A stretch of DNA of 64,000 nt, taken from positions 192,001-256,000 of the forward strand of contig CAXXWX010000019.1 in the NCBI GenBank assembly GCA_963675745.2, read 5' to 3'. This DNA is from Phycisphaerae bacterium. Its GTDB lineage: Bacteria; Planctomycetota; Phycisphaerae; UBA1845; Fen-1342. Under the pieces are notes generated by a model. The model had not been told where the DNA came from, ran no database searches, and saw only the letters and a list, made by a program, of their open reading frames with translations. The position numbers and the translations under genes are program-made. Below are positions 30,513-40,782 of this stretch, in pieces. Position 1 is the first letter of the stretch; each line of letters begins with the position of its first letter.

Positions 30513-32795
30513 TCAGTCTCCCGCCAAAACCGCCGCGCGATTGAAGACATCTTCGGCGTGCGGCACGTTGAGCAGCTCGAGGTAGATTCGCGTGTCCACG
30601 GTCACCGCGACCTGCCCGTGGCCCAGGTCGGCGACGTTGAGCGGGTTGCCGCGGTAGTTGGTTGCCCGCAAGTCGGTGACGTTGACGCCGTCCAGGATCA
30701 CCTGGGGCGTGTCGCCCGACGCCCTGGGCCAGAGCGTGGCGAAGCGGTTGCCTTGGGCGCGGTCTTCCGACAAGTAGACAGTGACACGGCCGGCTGCATC
30801 CGCGACATGCACACGCGCCACGGGGAGGAGATGGTCAGTGCCGGCGCCATCGGTGAAGAGCATGAAGTCCTTGCCCGGGTGGGCGACCGTCTTGCGCACG
30901 TGTTCGTCAAAATGCCCTGCGAGACGCAGGGCCTCGTATCGTGAGATCAGGTGCAGATTCTCGTCGCGCAGCGGCCAGGTGCGGAAGGTGCTCAGCCACG
31001 TCTCGAAGATCGGCGGCATCTCGTGGGCGATGCACTTCACCAGCGCGTATTCAAGCTCGTCAGGCGTCGTCTGTGGCGTCAGCGGTCGCGAGATCTGCAC
31101 CCAGCCGATCTGGGGCTGGATGAAAGCGAGCTGTTTCTCGCGCCGCTCAATCGACGTGACATTGCGGTCAACCTCGTTCTTGAGCGGAGCCCCGTCCTGC
31201 GGCAAGTAGTCGATCTGCCCGTCCGACCCGATCATCGTCCACTGCAATCCAGCCGCCGAATTACTCGATACCTCAAACCAGTCGGGCTTGCGCGTCAGCT
31301 TCTGCCAGAGGATGTGGGGCTGCACGGCGGTCGCGAACCACGACGGTTCCTGCGGGTGCTCCAGGCCATCGGTGTACACGTAGTCGAAATTGAGCGTGTC
31401 CAGCAGGGCCGCCTGGTTGGTGCAGACTTCGGCAAGGCCGCCGCGCTCGATGTCGACCCAATAGCGATTCGGGCCGGTTTTGACGAGGTGCCCGATGTCG
31501 GTACCGGCGCTGTGTGCTTGCGGCCCGAGGCCGTCGGAGCTCGGCTGGTATTTGGCGCGTACAAACGGCCCCGTGAAGCCGTAAGGCGCGCTGGTGCGCA
31601 CGCCTGAATACTCGATGAGCTCGCGCCCGATCAGTATCTCGCGCTGATCCGGCGCGGTGGGCCAATCGGCGGTGGTGGTGGTCGTTTCGATCAGGCCATC
31701 GATCTGATCGGCGGGAAGATCGGCGGCGAGCGTCGTGGTCCGGTCGTGATACAGTGCAATATCGCAGCCGTCCTCGACGTATTCGCACTCAGGACCGATG
31801 TAGAGGCGCGTCGGAAACAGGTGCGCGCCGACGACGATTCCCTCGGCGTGGCACTGATCGATCCACGACACAAGCGCACTTCGTGAGCCCCAGCCATCCG
31901 CCACCTCCGAGCGCTTCAGGTGACTCTGCCAACTGGGCGTGTAGAGCATTATTCGGCCGGCGCCCGCCTCGCGCGTATAGTCGAGCGCCTCCTGGCAATT
32001 CTCGGCGTCAACGTCGATCCAGAAGATTCCCGCGTGGTGCACCGCCGCATTCGTCTTGCCGGCCGCGCCGCGTGGCAGGTCGTTGTCCGTCTCGACTTTG
32101 TCGAGGGCGGCGTAGACCGACGCCGGATCGGCGTCGCAGGCGAACAGCGCCACCTTGCGACCCGCGATGCCGGGGCCACCCGGCGCTGGAAGATTCGGCC
32201 GGGCCTGGGCAATCATGTAGCCGGCCTCACCGGCGCCCACCGACGTGAGTGTGGCGATGTCGAGCGCGTAAATGACGAGATAACGCCGGCGGCCATCGTC
32301 CTCGAACTCCAGGAAACGGTACGCCGTGTGGTCGATCCCATTGAGCGGCTGGAGCTCGGCGAAACGGACTTCGTCGAACCCGGTTTCGACTGTGATGCTG
32401 TCGAGCGTTACCAGGAGATAGTCCGGCCGCGCCTCGATGCGAACGTTGGCGACCGGTGCGCCGGGCGCCTGGCCGAAGGTGTATTCCCAATGGTCTTCGG
32501 CGAACGTCACCGCTGTTGGGGAGGTCTCGCTGCCTTCAATCAGCAGGCGGCAGAAGTAGGCGGCCCACTCACCCGCACTGTATCGCGAACGGTTGACCCC
32601 CGTGGCCCGGTCGAGAATCGAGATCACAGCGCCCCGATCGTCGATAGTCAGCGAGAGTCCGGAGCAGGTATAGGTTTGCGACGCCGCCATGGCCGCCGGC
32701 ACCATGCCCAGCGACAAGAGCAGTGCGGCGCACGTGGTGAAACCGCGCGGGCGGCAGTCATTGGCGCTTTTCAGACGAGATGCTGGTGCGGCCAT
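30513..32795 (-). CDS. Large secreted hypothetical protein, possibly a glycoside-hydrolase-like TIM barrel
   Basis: Signal peptide (LLLSLGMVPAAMAA); WIDQCHAEGIVVGAHL and DYVYTDGLE resemble (beta/alpha)8 GH elements. Confidence 0.55.
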   Translation of the reverse strand: MAAPASRLKSANDCRPRGFTTCAALLLSLGMVPAAMAASQTYTCSGLSLTIDDRGAVISILDRATGVNRSRYSAGEWAAYFCRLLIEGSETSPTAVTFAEDHWEYTFGQAPGAPVANVRIEARPDYLLVTLDSITVETGFDEVRFAELQPLNGIDHTAYRFLEFEDDGRRRYLVIYALDIATLTSVGAGEAGYMIAQARPNLPAPGGPGIAGRKVALFACDADPASVYAALDKVETDNDLPRGAAGKTNAAVHHAGIFWIDVDAENCQEALDYTREAGAGRIMLYTPSWQSHLKRSEVADGWGSRSALVSWIDQCHAEGIVVGAHLFPTRLYIGPECEYVEDGCDIALYHDRTTTLAADLPADQIDGLIETTTTTADWPTAPDQREILIGRELIEYSGVRTSAPYGFTGPFVRAKYQPSSDGLGPQAHSAGTDIGHLVKTGPNRYWVDIERGGLAEVCTNQAALLDTLNFDYVYTDGLEHPQEPSWFATAVQPHILWQKLTRKPDWFEVSSNSAAGLQWTMIGSDGQIDYLPQDGAPLKNEVDRNVTSIERREKQLAFIQPQIGWVQISRPLTPQTTPDELEYALVKCIAHEMPPIFETWLSTFRTWPLRDENLHLISRYEALRLAGHFDEHVRKTVAHPGKDFMLFTDGAGTDHLLPVARVHVADAAGRVTVYLSEDRAQGNRFATLWPRASGDTPQVILDGVNVTDLRATNYRGNPLNVADLGHGQVAVTVDTRIYLELLNVPHAEDVFNRAAVLAGD

Positions 32796-32811
32796 TTGGC
32801 GCTCCGTTCGG

Positions 32812-34848
32812 TTAGCGCGGCAGCGTGATCCGCCAGGCCTCGCGCTGGCCGGTGGGGTTGATTCCCTGGCCGACAATCACCTGTCCGTCGGCCGAGATTG
32901 CGACAGCGCGCTCGAGTTGCCAACCGGCCAGCTCGGCCCCGCCGCCCGCCGCCGCGTAGGCCGCGGCTAGACTGCGCATCCCCGCGGCTTCGTCCCAGAC
33001 AAACGCCTCGGACCCTGTATCGCTCAAGCCGGCACCAACCACGCGCTGTCCGTCGCCGGACACTGCGTAGGCGGTGCTCTGGAACTCGCCGCCGGGAAGG
33101 TCGCCGAGCCCCACCATGCCGCTGGCGCCCGTCCAGACAAATGCCTGACGGCCGTCCGGCGAATCACTGTAACCCACGATCGTGGTGCCGTCGACGGAAA
33201 TGCCGGTCGCCTGGCTGCGTGCTCCGTCTTCGAGGAATCCCAGGGGCACGAGGCCGGTTGCGGTCGTCCAGTAGCAAGCCTCGTCGCCCGATTCGGACGC
33301 CCCATAGCCGACGATCACGTCACCGGCGCCGGACACCCCGGTGGCGCAGCTCTCAAATACACCTCCCGGCAGATCGCCGAGACCGATCATTCCATCGGTG
33401 GCGGTCCAGGAGAACGCCTCGAATCCATCCGCGGATTCACTGAAGCCAACGACAACGCGGCCGTTGGCCGAGACCGCGTACGCGCCGCTGCGATATTCGC
33501 CGCCGGGCAGGTCACCGAGCGCGGTGAATCCGTCGGTCGCGGTGTATGCGAAGGCCGTGAACCCATCATCACCGAGCGCGTGTCCGACGACGAGGTCGCC
33601 ATCAGCGGTCGTGCCGAAGGCGTGGCTGTAGACGCCGGCGGCCGACATGGCACCGAGCAACTCGAATGTGCCATCAGCGTGCCAGATCGCGCCCTGCACG
33701 AGACCATCCTCAACACCGCGCTGCCGCCCCACGACGACTGCGCCAAAGGCCGAGATGCCAAATGCCTCGTTGGTCGCCTCGTCAGCTAGTCCCGCGCCAA
33801 GGCCACCAAAGGCCGTTGGTGCCGGGTCACCCCGATAGGAGCTCCAAAACTCCGGGTCGTCCACATCGCGATATACCGACATCGTGACGCTGACATCGGC
33901 GCTCTGCCCGTCGGTGGTGATGACTGAAAGCTCGCCCGCATAGTCACCCGAATACAAACCGGTGCGGTCAATTGACACGACGATGTCTTGACCGTCGCCG
34001 GCATCCTCACCAGAGTTCGGCGACGCCACGATCCAGGGCGTGTCCGTGACGACCGAGAAGGCCAGCGTGCCCCCGCCCGTGTTTCGGATGCTGAGCGTCT
34101 GTGGCTCGGCACCAAGTTCGTAAGAGAGCAGCAGCGGCGACACTGACAGGACCGGTGGTGCCGCCGGTGGCTCATTCGGGTCGTTGGGATCGGTGATCGG
34201 AACACCCGGGTCGTCGCGTGGCTCGCCGGGATAGTCGGGCGCATCATTGGGGTCGGCGCCCGGCTCGGTGGGGCTGTCGGCGGCATCGTTCGGATCGGGC
34301 GCGGGTTCTCCGTCGGTGGCCCCGCCCCCACCATCGTTCGGGTCCGCGCCTACCGGATCGTACGGCGGCGAATTGACGGAGTACGGCGTCTCAGTGGCGC
34401 CACCGGCGCCGGGCACAATCGACACATTGAGAGCGATCGTGATAGTCTCGATGCCGACAATCACGACATCAAGCGTCGCCTGGTAGTCTCCAGGGGGCAG
34501 CCCTGTGCGATCGACGTGCACGTCGAACGCGAGCACTTCAGCTTCGGAGTAGCCTGCATCGGGCGTGACCCAGAGCCAGTCGTCGTACACGTGAACCATG
34601 TAGTGAACGCGATTGCCCGGCGTGTTGATCAATTCGAAACGCAGATCGTTAAACTCGCCGCCGAAATCGAGTGTCGCGGCGATGCTTTGCTGTCCGGCGC
34701 CAATTACGATGAGCGGCACTTCGGGATATGCGATATCGGGCGAAGTTCCGACGGGAACACACCCGACCCAGGTGCTGATCGAGAGCAGCAGACACAGCGC
34801 GGTGATTCTCCCCCCTCGCACCAGATGTCGCGTAGCGGCACGCATGTT
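32812..34848 (-). CDS. Lipoprotein with BACON-like domains, DPND linker and HAF-type extracellular repeat propeller
   Basis: WVGC lipobox; WLWVTP/WIVASP BACON-like segments; repeated AF.WT...GM.GLGDLPGG..S.A..VS.DG..VVG. Confidence 0.78.
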   Translation of the reverse strand, partial: NMRAATRHLVRGGRITALCLLLSISTWVGCVPVGTSPDIAYPEVPLIVIGAGQQSIAATLDFGGEFNDLRFELINTPGNRVHYMVHVYDDWLWVTPDAGYSEAEVLAFDVHVDRTGLPPGDYQATLDVVIVGIETITIALNVSIVPGAGGATETPYSVNSPPYDPVGADPNDGGGGATDGEPAPDPNDAADSPTEPGADPNDAPDYPGEPRDDPGVPITDPNDPNEPPAAPPVLSVSPLLLSYELGAEPQTLSIRNTGGGTLAFSVVTDTPWIVASPNSGEDAGDGQDIVVSIDRTGLYSGDYAGELSVITTDGQSADVSVTMSVYRDVDDPEFWSSYRGDPAPTAFGGLGAGLADEATNEAFGISAFGAVVVGRQRGVEDGLVQGAIWHADGTFELLGAMSAAGVYSHAFGTTADGDLVVGHALGDDGFTAFAYTATDGFTALGDLPGGEYRSGAYAVSANGRVVVGFSESADGFEAFSWTATDGMIGLGDLPGGVFESCATGVSGAGDVIVGYGASESGDEACYWTTATGLVPLGFLEDGARSQATGISVDGTTIVGYSDSPDGRQAFVWTGASGMVGLGDLPGGEFQSTAYAVSGDGQRVVGAGLSDTGSEAFVWDEAAGMRSLAAAYAAAGGGAELAGWQLERAVAISADGQVIVGQGINPTGQREAWRITLPR

Positions 34849-35402
34849 CACCAACCAATGTGCTATCAACATCCCCGAGGTCGCCCGCCGAGCCGTTCGC
34901 TCGCACGGATCACCAGTTTCAAGTGTGCGAATGCCGGAGGTCTGAAGGCAAATATCCTCGGCTCAGGTATGGGCGATGCGGGATATCGCCTGCCCGACCG
35001 AGAAAACATGCTGCGCACGATCAGTCACAAGCGTCCGATCACACGGCGCACCGCCGCCGGCTCATCAGTGGGCCCCAAGGCTCTGACGACGCCGCCACGC
35101 GCCCTGGAACCGCCGGTCCGGATTGCCCCTCGGCGTTTGAGTGTGTTAGAATCCAGGTAGCAGTCGCGTCGAGACTCCGGGGCGGGTTTGGGGGCTGCGG
35201 CGCAGTTCGAGAGGCGGCGGGGAAAGTGAAATGAGAATACGACCACGAGGAATGACGCCCGCATCTGTACCGGTTGCGGCTGGGCTGCGCACGCACTTCG
35301 CGTTGACAGCCACACATAAGTACTCCGGCGAATGACGCGGGTGGCGATGAAAACTGGACATATGCACCATGCAGCCCACTTGCTCCAGGCAAGGAGAATC
35401 CG

Positions 35403-37814
35403 ATGTTAAGGAACTGCACTAGTCTGGTCATCGTGGTAACACTCGCTGCGTCGATTGCGTCCGCGGCCGATTACGTCGATTTGGGCGACGTTGCCGTCGG
35501 TGGTGATGGCACCGGCTCGGCGGTTGATAGAAGCGGGCTGCACATCGCCTCCGGGCAACTTGTGGACCCCAATACCTCCGGCGGACACACTGAAGGAGGG
35601 CCTCTGTTCACGGCCATCGACGGCACTGCCGGCGCGGTCGACTTCCCGCTGGTTGACGGTGTGTTCATTCCGGACAGGACGACGCAGATTCGTTCTGATG
35701 GAGCGACCTTCGACTTCCCGAACACGGAGGGCGACAACCATGACTCCATCCGTAACGCCGCCTCGCACTTCTCCAAGGCGGAGTCCGAGGTGCTGCCCAT
35801 CGAACTCGCAGATCAGCCAGGTGTGTATCGGCGGGGACTCGGTATGCACACGAATGCTGGCATCACGTTTGACCTGAACGCCGTGCGGGATGCCGGGTAC
35901 GAGTTCAATCGGTTTGTGGGAGTGGCCGGCATCAACTTCAATGCCATCGACAATGTGTACACCGATTTCACGGTGTGGGTGCTGCTGGATGGCGAGGTGC
36001 AGTACCAGCAGTCGTTCAGGCGGGGCGGACTGATCGTTGACGCAATCGTGGTGCCGATCACGGAGTCCGACGGGTTCCTGACCGTGGTGACGACCGATTA
36101 CAATGTCTCCAACAGCGTTGATCACGCGGCGATCGCTGATGTGGCCTTGCTGTTGACCCCTCCCGCGGCCTGCTGCATTCCAGGGCAGGAATGCCAGGTG
36201 TTGCTCGAACCCGACTGCTTCGCACTGGGGGGCCGTTGGCTGGAGTATGAGCCCAACTGTGCCGGCAACCCGTGCGAGCCTTACACCTTCTACGCGCCCG
36301 GCGAATCGAATGGCTGGGATACCTCCACGCTGATGGCCGATCAGTTGGATGGCACCTACCACTACGACATCATCGGCTTTGCGGACCCATCCCCGGCCGA
36401 GGCCCTCTTCGATATTCTCGCTGTCGAGGGCGATTGGAATTCCAAGGTCCACGCGGCGGGCAACCAGTGGCTGATCCTCGACCCGAACGGCGACAACACG
36501 CTGATCCTGGACACCAACACGTATGCGGATGGCTGGTCGCCGGACACGAATCGTGTCATGGTCGCCTACGAGCCATCCACCTCGTGGACGGCGGTCGGCA
36601 ACTGGCAGTCACAGGTCGGCGGGAGTGATTGGGACAACGCCAACCCGAACACGGCTATGACGCCTGCCGGCGGTGACACTTACTCATTCCAGGCCGTGCT
36701 GGCCGAGGGCGGCTACGAGTACAAGGCGGTTGTCACCGGCACCTGGAACGGCATCGGCACCAATAGTCGCAACGTCAACGCCGACAGCCTCAGTTTCAAC
36801 GTCCCGGCCGAAGGCGCAACCGCGGTCATGTGGGTTGATGTCATCGATGGCGCTATCAGGGTCGACGTGCTGCCTCACGCGGCTTGCTGTATTCCCGGGC
36901 AGGGATGTCAGGTCTTGGACGAGCCAGATTGCCTCAGCCAGGGCGGTCGCTGGCTCGAGAGTGAGCCGAATTGCGCCGGCAACCCCTGCGAGCCTTACAC
37001 CTTCTACGCGCCGGGTGAATCGAACGGTTGGGACGGCGCCGCATTAATGGCCGACCCGGTTGACGGCACGTACCGCTACGACATCGTCGGCTTCGTTGAT
37101 CCGTCGCCGCCGACCACCAACTTCGACATTCTCAGCGTCGAGGGTGATTGGGGTTCGAAGGTCCACCCTGAGGGTAACCAGTGGCTGATCCTCGACCCCA
37201 ACGGCGATAACACGCTGATCCTGGACACCAGGTACCCATTCGATATTTGGTCGCCTCAAACCAACCGCGTGCAGGTGGCCTACGAGCCGTCCACTTCGTG
37301 GACCGCGGTCGGCAATTGGCAGTCGCAGGTCGGCGGTAGTGACTGGGACAACGCCAATCCGAACACGCTCATGACGCTCGACAGCGGCAGCGTGTATCGG
37401 TTCGACACATTCCTGGTGCCGGGCGACTACGAGTACAAGGCGGTCGTCACCGGCACATGGGACGGTATCGGCCTCAACAGCCGCAACGTCAACGCTACCA
37501 GCCTTCCCTTCAACATCCAGGCTGGAGGCGGAGATGCCACCATGTGGGTTGACGTCATCAAGGGCACAGTCATGGTCGATATCGTGCCGCCTTGCCGGGA
37601 GCCGGCCGACTCGAACTGCGATGGCTTCGTCAACAACGGCGACATAGATGCGTTTGTGGTCGCCATGTCAACGGGCGAGAGCGACTGGCGACAGTACCTC
37701 ATCGATCACGGGCACAATGTCTGTGATTACAGGTGCGCGAATGACACGAACGGCGACGGATTCGTGAACGGTGGTGACATAGACCCATTCATCCTCATGC
37801 TCACCACCCAGTAG
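35403..37814 (+). CDS. Secreted modular protein: NPCBM/NEW2-like domain, two duplicated [Cys-rich + carbohydrate-binding X25-like] modules, C-terminal dockerin-like domain
   Basis: AGGAG RBS; signal peptide; RGLGMHTNAGITFDL; AACCIPGQ.C modules; DSNCDGFVNNGDIDAF / DTNGDGFVNGGDIDPF. Confidence 0.75.
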   Translation: MLRNCTSLVIVVTLAASIASAADYVDLGDVAVGGDGTGSAVDRSGLHIASGQLVDPNTSGGHTEGGPLFTAIDGTAGAVDFPLVDGVFIPDRTTQIRSDGATFDFPNTEGDNHDSIRNAASHFSKAESEVLPIELADQPGVYRRGLGMHTNAGITFDLNAVRDAGYEFNRFVGVAGINFNAIDNVYTDFTVWVLLDGEVQYQQSFRRGGLIVDAIVVPITESDGFLTVVTTDYNVSNSVDHAAIADVALLLTPPAACCIPGQECQVLLEPDCFALGGRWLEYEPNCAGNPCEPYTFYAPGESNGWDTSTLMADQLDGTYHYDIIGFADPSPAEALFDILAVEGDWNSKVHAAGNQWLILDPNGDNTLILDTNTYADGWSPDTNRVMVAYEPSTSWTAVGNWQSQVGGSDWDNANPNTAMTPAGGDTYSFQAVLAEGGYEYKAVVTGTWNGIGTNSRNVNADSLSFNVPAEGATAVMWVDVIDGAIRVDVLPHAACCIPGQGCQVLDEPDCLSQGGRWLESEPNCAGNPCEPYTFYAPGESNGWDGAALMADPVDGTYRYDIVGFVDPSPPTTNFDILSVEGDWGSKVHPEGNQWLILDPNGDNTLILDTRYPFDIWSPQTNRVQVAYEPSTSWTAVGNWQSQVGGSDWDNANPNTLMTLDSGSVYRFDTFLVPGDYEYKAVVTGTWDGIGLNSRNVNATSLPFNIQAGGGDATMWVDVIKGTVMVDIVPPCREPADSNCDGFVNNGDIDAFVVAMSTGESDWRQYLIDHGHNVCDYRCANDTNGDGFVNGGDIDPFILMLTTQ
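36165..37592 (+). repeat. Intragenic tandem duplication, 714-nt (238-aa) unit x2
   Basis: Units start at AACCIPGQ (36165 and 36879); long identical peptide stretches such as GNQWLILDPNGDNTLILDT and TSWTAVGNWQSQVGGSDWDNANPNT. Confidence 0.92.
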
Positions 37815-37998
37815 CCGGCGCGGCAGGCGCCCAAGATCATGTGCCTTGTACCTCATCGGCGAGCAGATGAGCCTTGATGCGCGCGCCCACAGGTGCTATC
37901 GTACAGGGTCCAGGAGCAGGGACGCTGTGTCGCGGCCGACAGGCGGCCGCGGCGGGAAGTGGCCTGTGTACGGACGCACCTCGAAGGGCAATACCAGC

Positions 37999-38919
37999 AT
38001 GCGTGCCATGTCGATGCCGCTGCGTCGTCACGCATTCACCCTGGCCGAATTGTTGGTGGTCGTCGGTGTGATCGCGCTATTGATCGCGCTGTTGCTCCCG
38101 CCGCTGCAATTGGCCCGCGCCCAGGCCTTGCAGGCTCAATGCGGCGCCCACGAGCAGCAGATCGGCCTGGCCCTCGAAATTGCCCGCTCTGATTTTGAGT
38201 TCTACCCGTTGTGGGATGACGGTGGCAGCCCCATCCGCTACACCTGGATCGACGTCCTGGTGCAGCGCGGCTACATGCCAGCCGCGCGCGCCGGCTATTG
38301 CCCCGCCGACCGCCGGCCCGATCCACTTAACGAGGCCCGCGCCCGCGCGACCGATCGCCGTCTGATTTACCCACCCAACCCCACGCGCGGCGGCGTCGAT
38401 TACAGCTATGGCATCAGCGTACCGCTGTCGTGCGGCGGCTGGGCCTGGCGGTCGGATGCCAGCCCGCCCGGCGATCAGCGCGCCCGTAAACTCGTCCATC
38501 ACGAAACCTACACCTCACGCCGCGTGTTGGCCGCCGACGGGAACTGGAACGCCATTTACAATCTCAGCGGAGCCGCGCTCGAATCGCAGATCTGGAACGA
38601 CCCCACGCAGTTTGAGAACACGGTCGCCTGGCGCCATCCCCACAACGCCGCGCTGCTGCTATTCCAGGATGGACACGTCGCGCGCGCCAGTTACAACTCG
38701 CTCGACGAGCGTGAGCCCATCGACACGGTGCGCCAGTTCATCTGGTATCCGGCCGAGTCGATCGACATCGGGCCCGAGTCGCGCTACCGCGACAATTGGT
38801 ACCCGTGCGTGGCGCCACCCAACCCCTACAGCACCCCGCCCGGCAACGTCATGCCGCAGGAGCTCTTTCCACGCTACTACACCGAGCGCCAGCTCTGGAC
38901 GCGGATATATCACAAGTAA
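37999..38919 (+). CDS. Prepilin-type N-terminal cleavage/methylation, DUF1559-like protein
   Basis: RRHAFTLAELLVVVGVIALLIALLLP; YCPAD; WRHPHNAALLLFQDGHV (H-X9-DG). Confidence 0.85.
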   Translation: MRAMSMPLRRHAFTLAELLVVVGVIALLIALLLPPLQLARAQALQAQCGAHEQQIGLALEIARSDFEFYPLWDDGGSPIRYTWIDVLVQRGYMPAARAGYCPADRRPDPLNEARARATDRRLIYPPNPTRGGVDYSYGISVPLSCGGWAWRSDASPPGDQRARKLVHHETYTSRRVLAADGNWNAIYNLSGAALESQIWNDPTQFENTVAWRHPHNAALLLFQDGHVARASYNSLDEREPIDTVRQFIWYPAESIDIGPESRYRDNWYPCVAPPNPYSTPPGNVMPQELFPRYYTERQLWTRIYHK

Positions 38920-39022
38920 ATGCAGAATGAGGAATGATGAATGCAGAAGCGCTGCGCGGCGTTCTCTTAGTCCGGGGATCGCCGTAGCGAGTTTCTGCAT
39001 TCATCATTCCTCATTCTGCATT
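38919..39022. repeat. Perfect 30-bp inverted repeat built from GAAT-containing heptamers, between convergent genes
   Basis: aatgcagaatgaggaatgatgaatgcagaa (38919-38948) is the exact reverse complement of 38993-39022. Confidence 0.92.
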
Positions 39023-39027
39023 CGTCG

Positions 39028-40782
39028 TCACCCCTTGACTCCGCTGATCACCACGCCGCGTATGAACGCTTTCTGTGCCAGGAAAAACAGCACAACCGTG
39101 GGAATCAGCATCATGACCGAAGCGGCCATCAGCAATTGCGGGTCATCGGTTTGGAACGTGCTCTTGAAGTTTTGCAGGCCGAGCGCGATCGTCTGCTTGT
39201 GATCAGAGTTGATGTAGAGCAACGGCCCGAGAAAGTCGTTCCACGCCCCGATAAACGAGAAAACCGCCACCGTGACGATAATCGGTTTGCAGAGCGGCAT
39301 CATGATCAGCCACCAGGTTGCCAGCGGGCCGCAGCCGTCGATGCGCGCCGAGTCTTCCAGGTCGACCGGAATGGTCATCATGAACTGGCGATAAAGAAAC
39401 ACGAAGAACGCGGCACTCGACAAAAACGCCGGCAGCGTCAGGGGCAGATACGTATCAATCCAGCCGAACGTCGCGTACATCACGAATGTCGGAATGCTGG
39501 TTACCTGTCCGGGGATCATCATGGTGGACAGCAGAATCAGAAACAGCACGTTGCTGCCGCGGAAATTCAGACGCGCGAACGCATAGCCGACCAGCCCGCA
39601 ACTGAGCACCGTGCCCAGCACCACCAGCGAGGCGATCAGCAGCGTGTTCGCCAGATAGAGATCGAAGCGCTGTTCGCGCCAGGCCTTGACGAAATTGATC
39701 CACTGGGGCCTGAGCGGCCGCTGTTCGACGATTCGATCCGCCGTCACCGCCAGCGTGCCGGAGACACGTACCGCGACCGCTGCGCGCGGATCGGCGGGCA
39801 GCGGCTGACTGACCGGCTCGATCTGCACGGGCTGCCCCAGCAACTGTGCGTGGTATTCCACATGCGATTCACGCGCGAGCGCCGCCGCCGGCACCCGCGC
39901 CGTACGCGCTTCGCCGAGCACCTCGACGCGCACCATGCCGGGGGTTTCGCCGGCGCCCAGCTTGGCGACTTCAATCCGCTGCGGCGACAGGTAGAAGCGT
40001 GTTTTGAACGCCTCGCGCAGCTCGCCGACCGGTACACGAAGTCCGTCATCCGGACAGAGCAATTCGATTGTCAGGAAACCGGCCGGCTTGCTGCCGCCGA
40101 TCAACCGCGCCGGAATCAGCCGCTCGCGATAGCGCACGCGCGTCTGGCCGGTGGCCTCGACGATCTCCGGGGCAACCTCGGCGATCGGCGCGGCCAGCAG
40201 AGTCATGATCCGCGCGCTACCCTCGGTCGGCAGGTGTTCAACGTCGAGTTTGACCGGCACCTCCCGGCCCAGAACCGACCAGTACACGGTCCGCTCCGTC
40301 ACGCGCTCGAGCGCTTTGGCCGGCACTTCCGCCTGCCGGCGCGTGCCGACCAGCGCCAGCTCGACCGTCGCCTCTCCGGCAGTCGGATCGGCGAGCGGCT
40401 CAACACGGCGGGTGCGGCCGTCGATCATGGCAACGTAGCGGTCGGATGTGGTTGCGGCGACTTCCCCGGCCGGCAGCTCGAGCAGCAGTTCCTCATCGCC
40501 ACGATCGTGGAGAACCTTCAGACGCCGCACACGCGTGCCGGACGCCATCCCGTCATCGAACACCTTCACGGGCAGTGATTGTCCGGCGATGGTGACCGAC
40601 GCTTTGGGCACGACGGGCAGCCAATCCGGCGGATAGGCTTCGACGCGCTCCTTGGTCTTGAGGCTGGCGATGAGCATCCAGTAAAAGGGCAGCAGAACCG
40701 GCAGTGCCCCGCCCACCAGGATCACGTAAATGACCAGCCGATAGGCGAACGACTCACGCCGGCCTTCGCTCCCGCGCCTCAT
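39028..40782 (-). CDS. Carbohydrate ABC transporter permease (MalG-like) with a large inserted extramembrane domain
   Basis: LLPFYWMLIASLK; GYAFARL, EAA loop DLEDSARIDG, AWNDFLGPL, FFLAQKAFIRG; ATGA overlap with the upstream gene. Confidence 0.88.
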   Translation of the reverse strand: MRRGSEGRRESFAYRLVIYVILVGGALPVLLPFYWMLIASLKTKERVEAYPPDWLPVVPKASVTIAGQSLPVKVFDDGMASGTRVRRLKVLHDRGDEELLLELPAGEVAATTSDRYVAMIDGRTRRVEPLADPTAGEATVELALVGTRRQAEVPAKALERVTERTVYWSVLGREVPVKLDVEHLPTEGSARIMTLLAAPIAEVAPEIVEATGQTRVRYRERLIPARLIGGSKPAGFLTIELLCPDDGLRVPVGELREAFKTRFYLSPQRIEVAKLGAGETPGMVRVEVLGEARTARVPAAALARESHVEYHAQLLGQPVQIEPVSQPLPADPRAAVAVRVSGTLAVTADRIVEQRPLRPQWINFVKAWREQRFDLYLANTLLIASLVVLGTVLSCGLVGYAFARLNFRGSNVLFLILLSTMMIPGQVTSIPTFVMYATFGWIDTYLPLTLPAFLSSAAFFVFLYRQFMMTIPVDLEDSARIDGCGPLATWWLIMMPLCKPIIVTVAVFSFIGAWNDFLGPLLYINSDHKQTIALGLQNFKSTFQTDDPQLLMAASVMMLIPTVVLFFLAQKAFIRGVVISGVKG

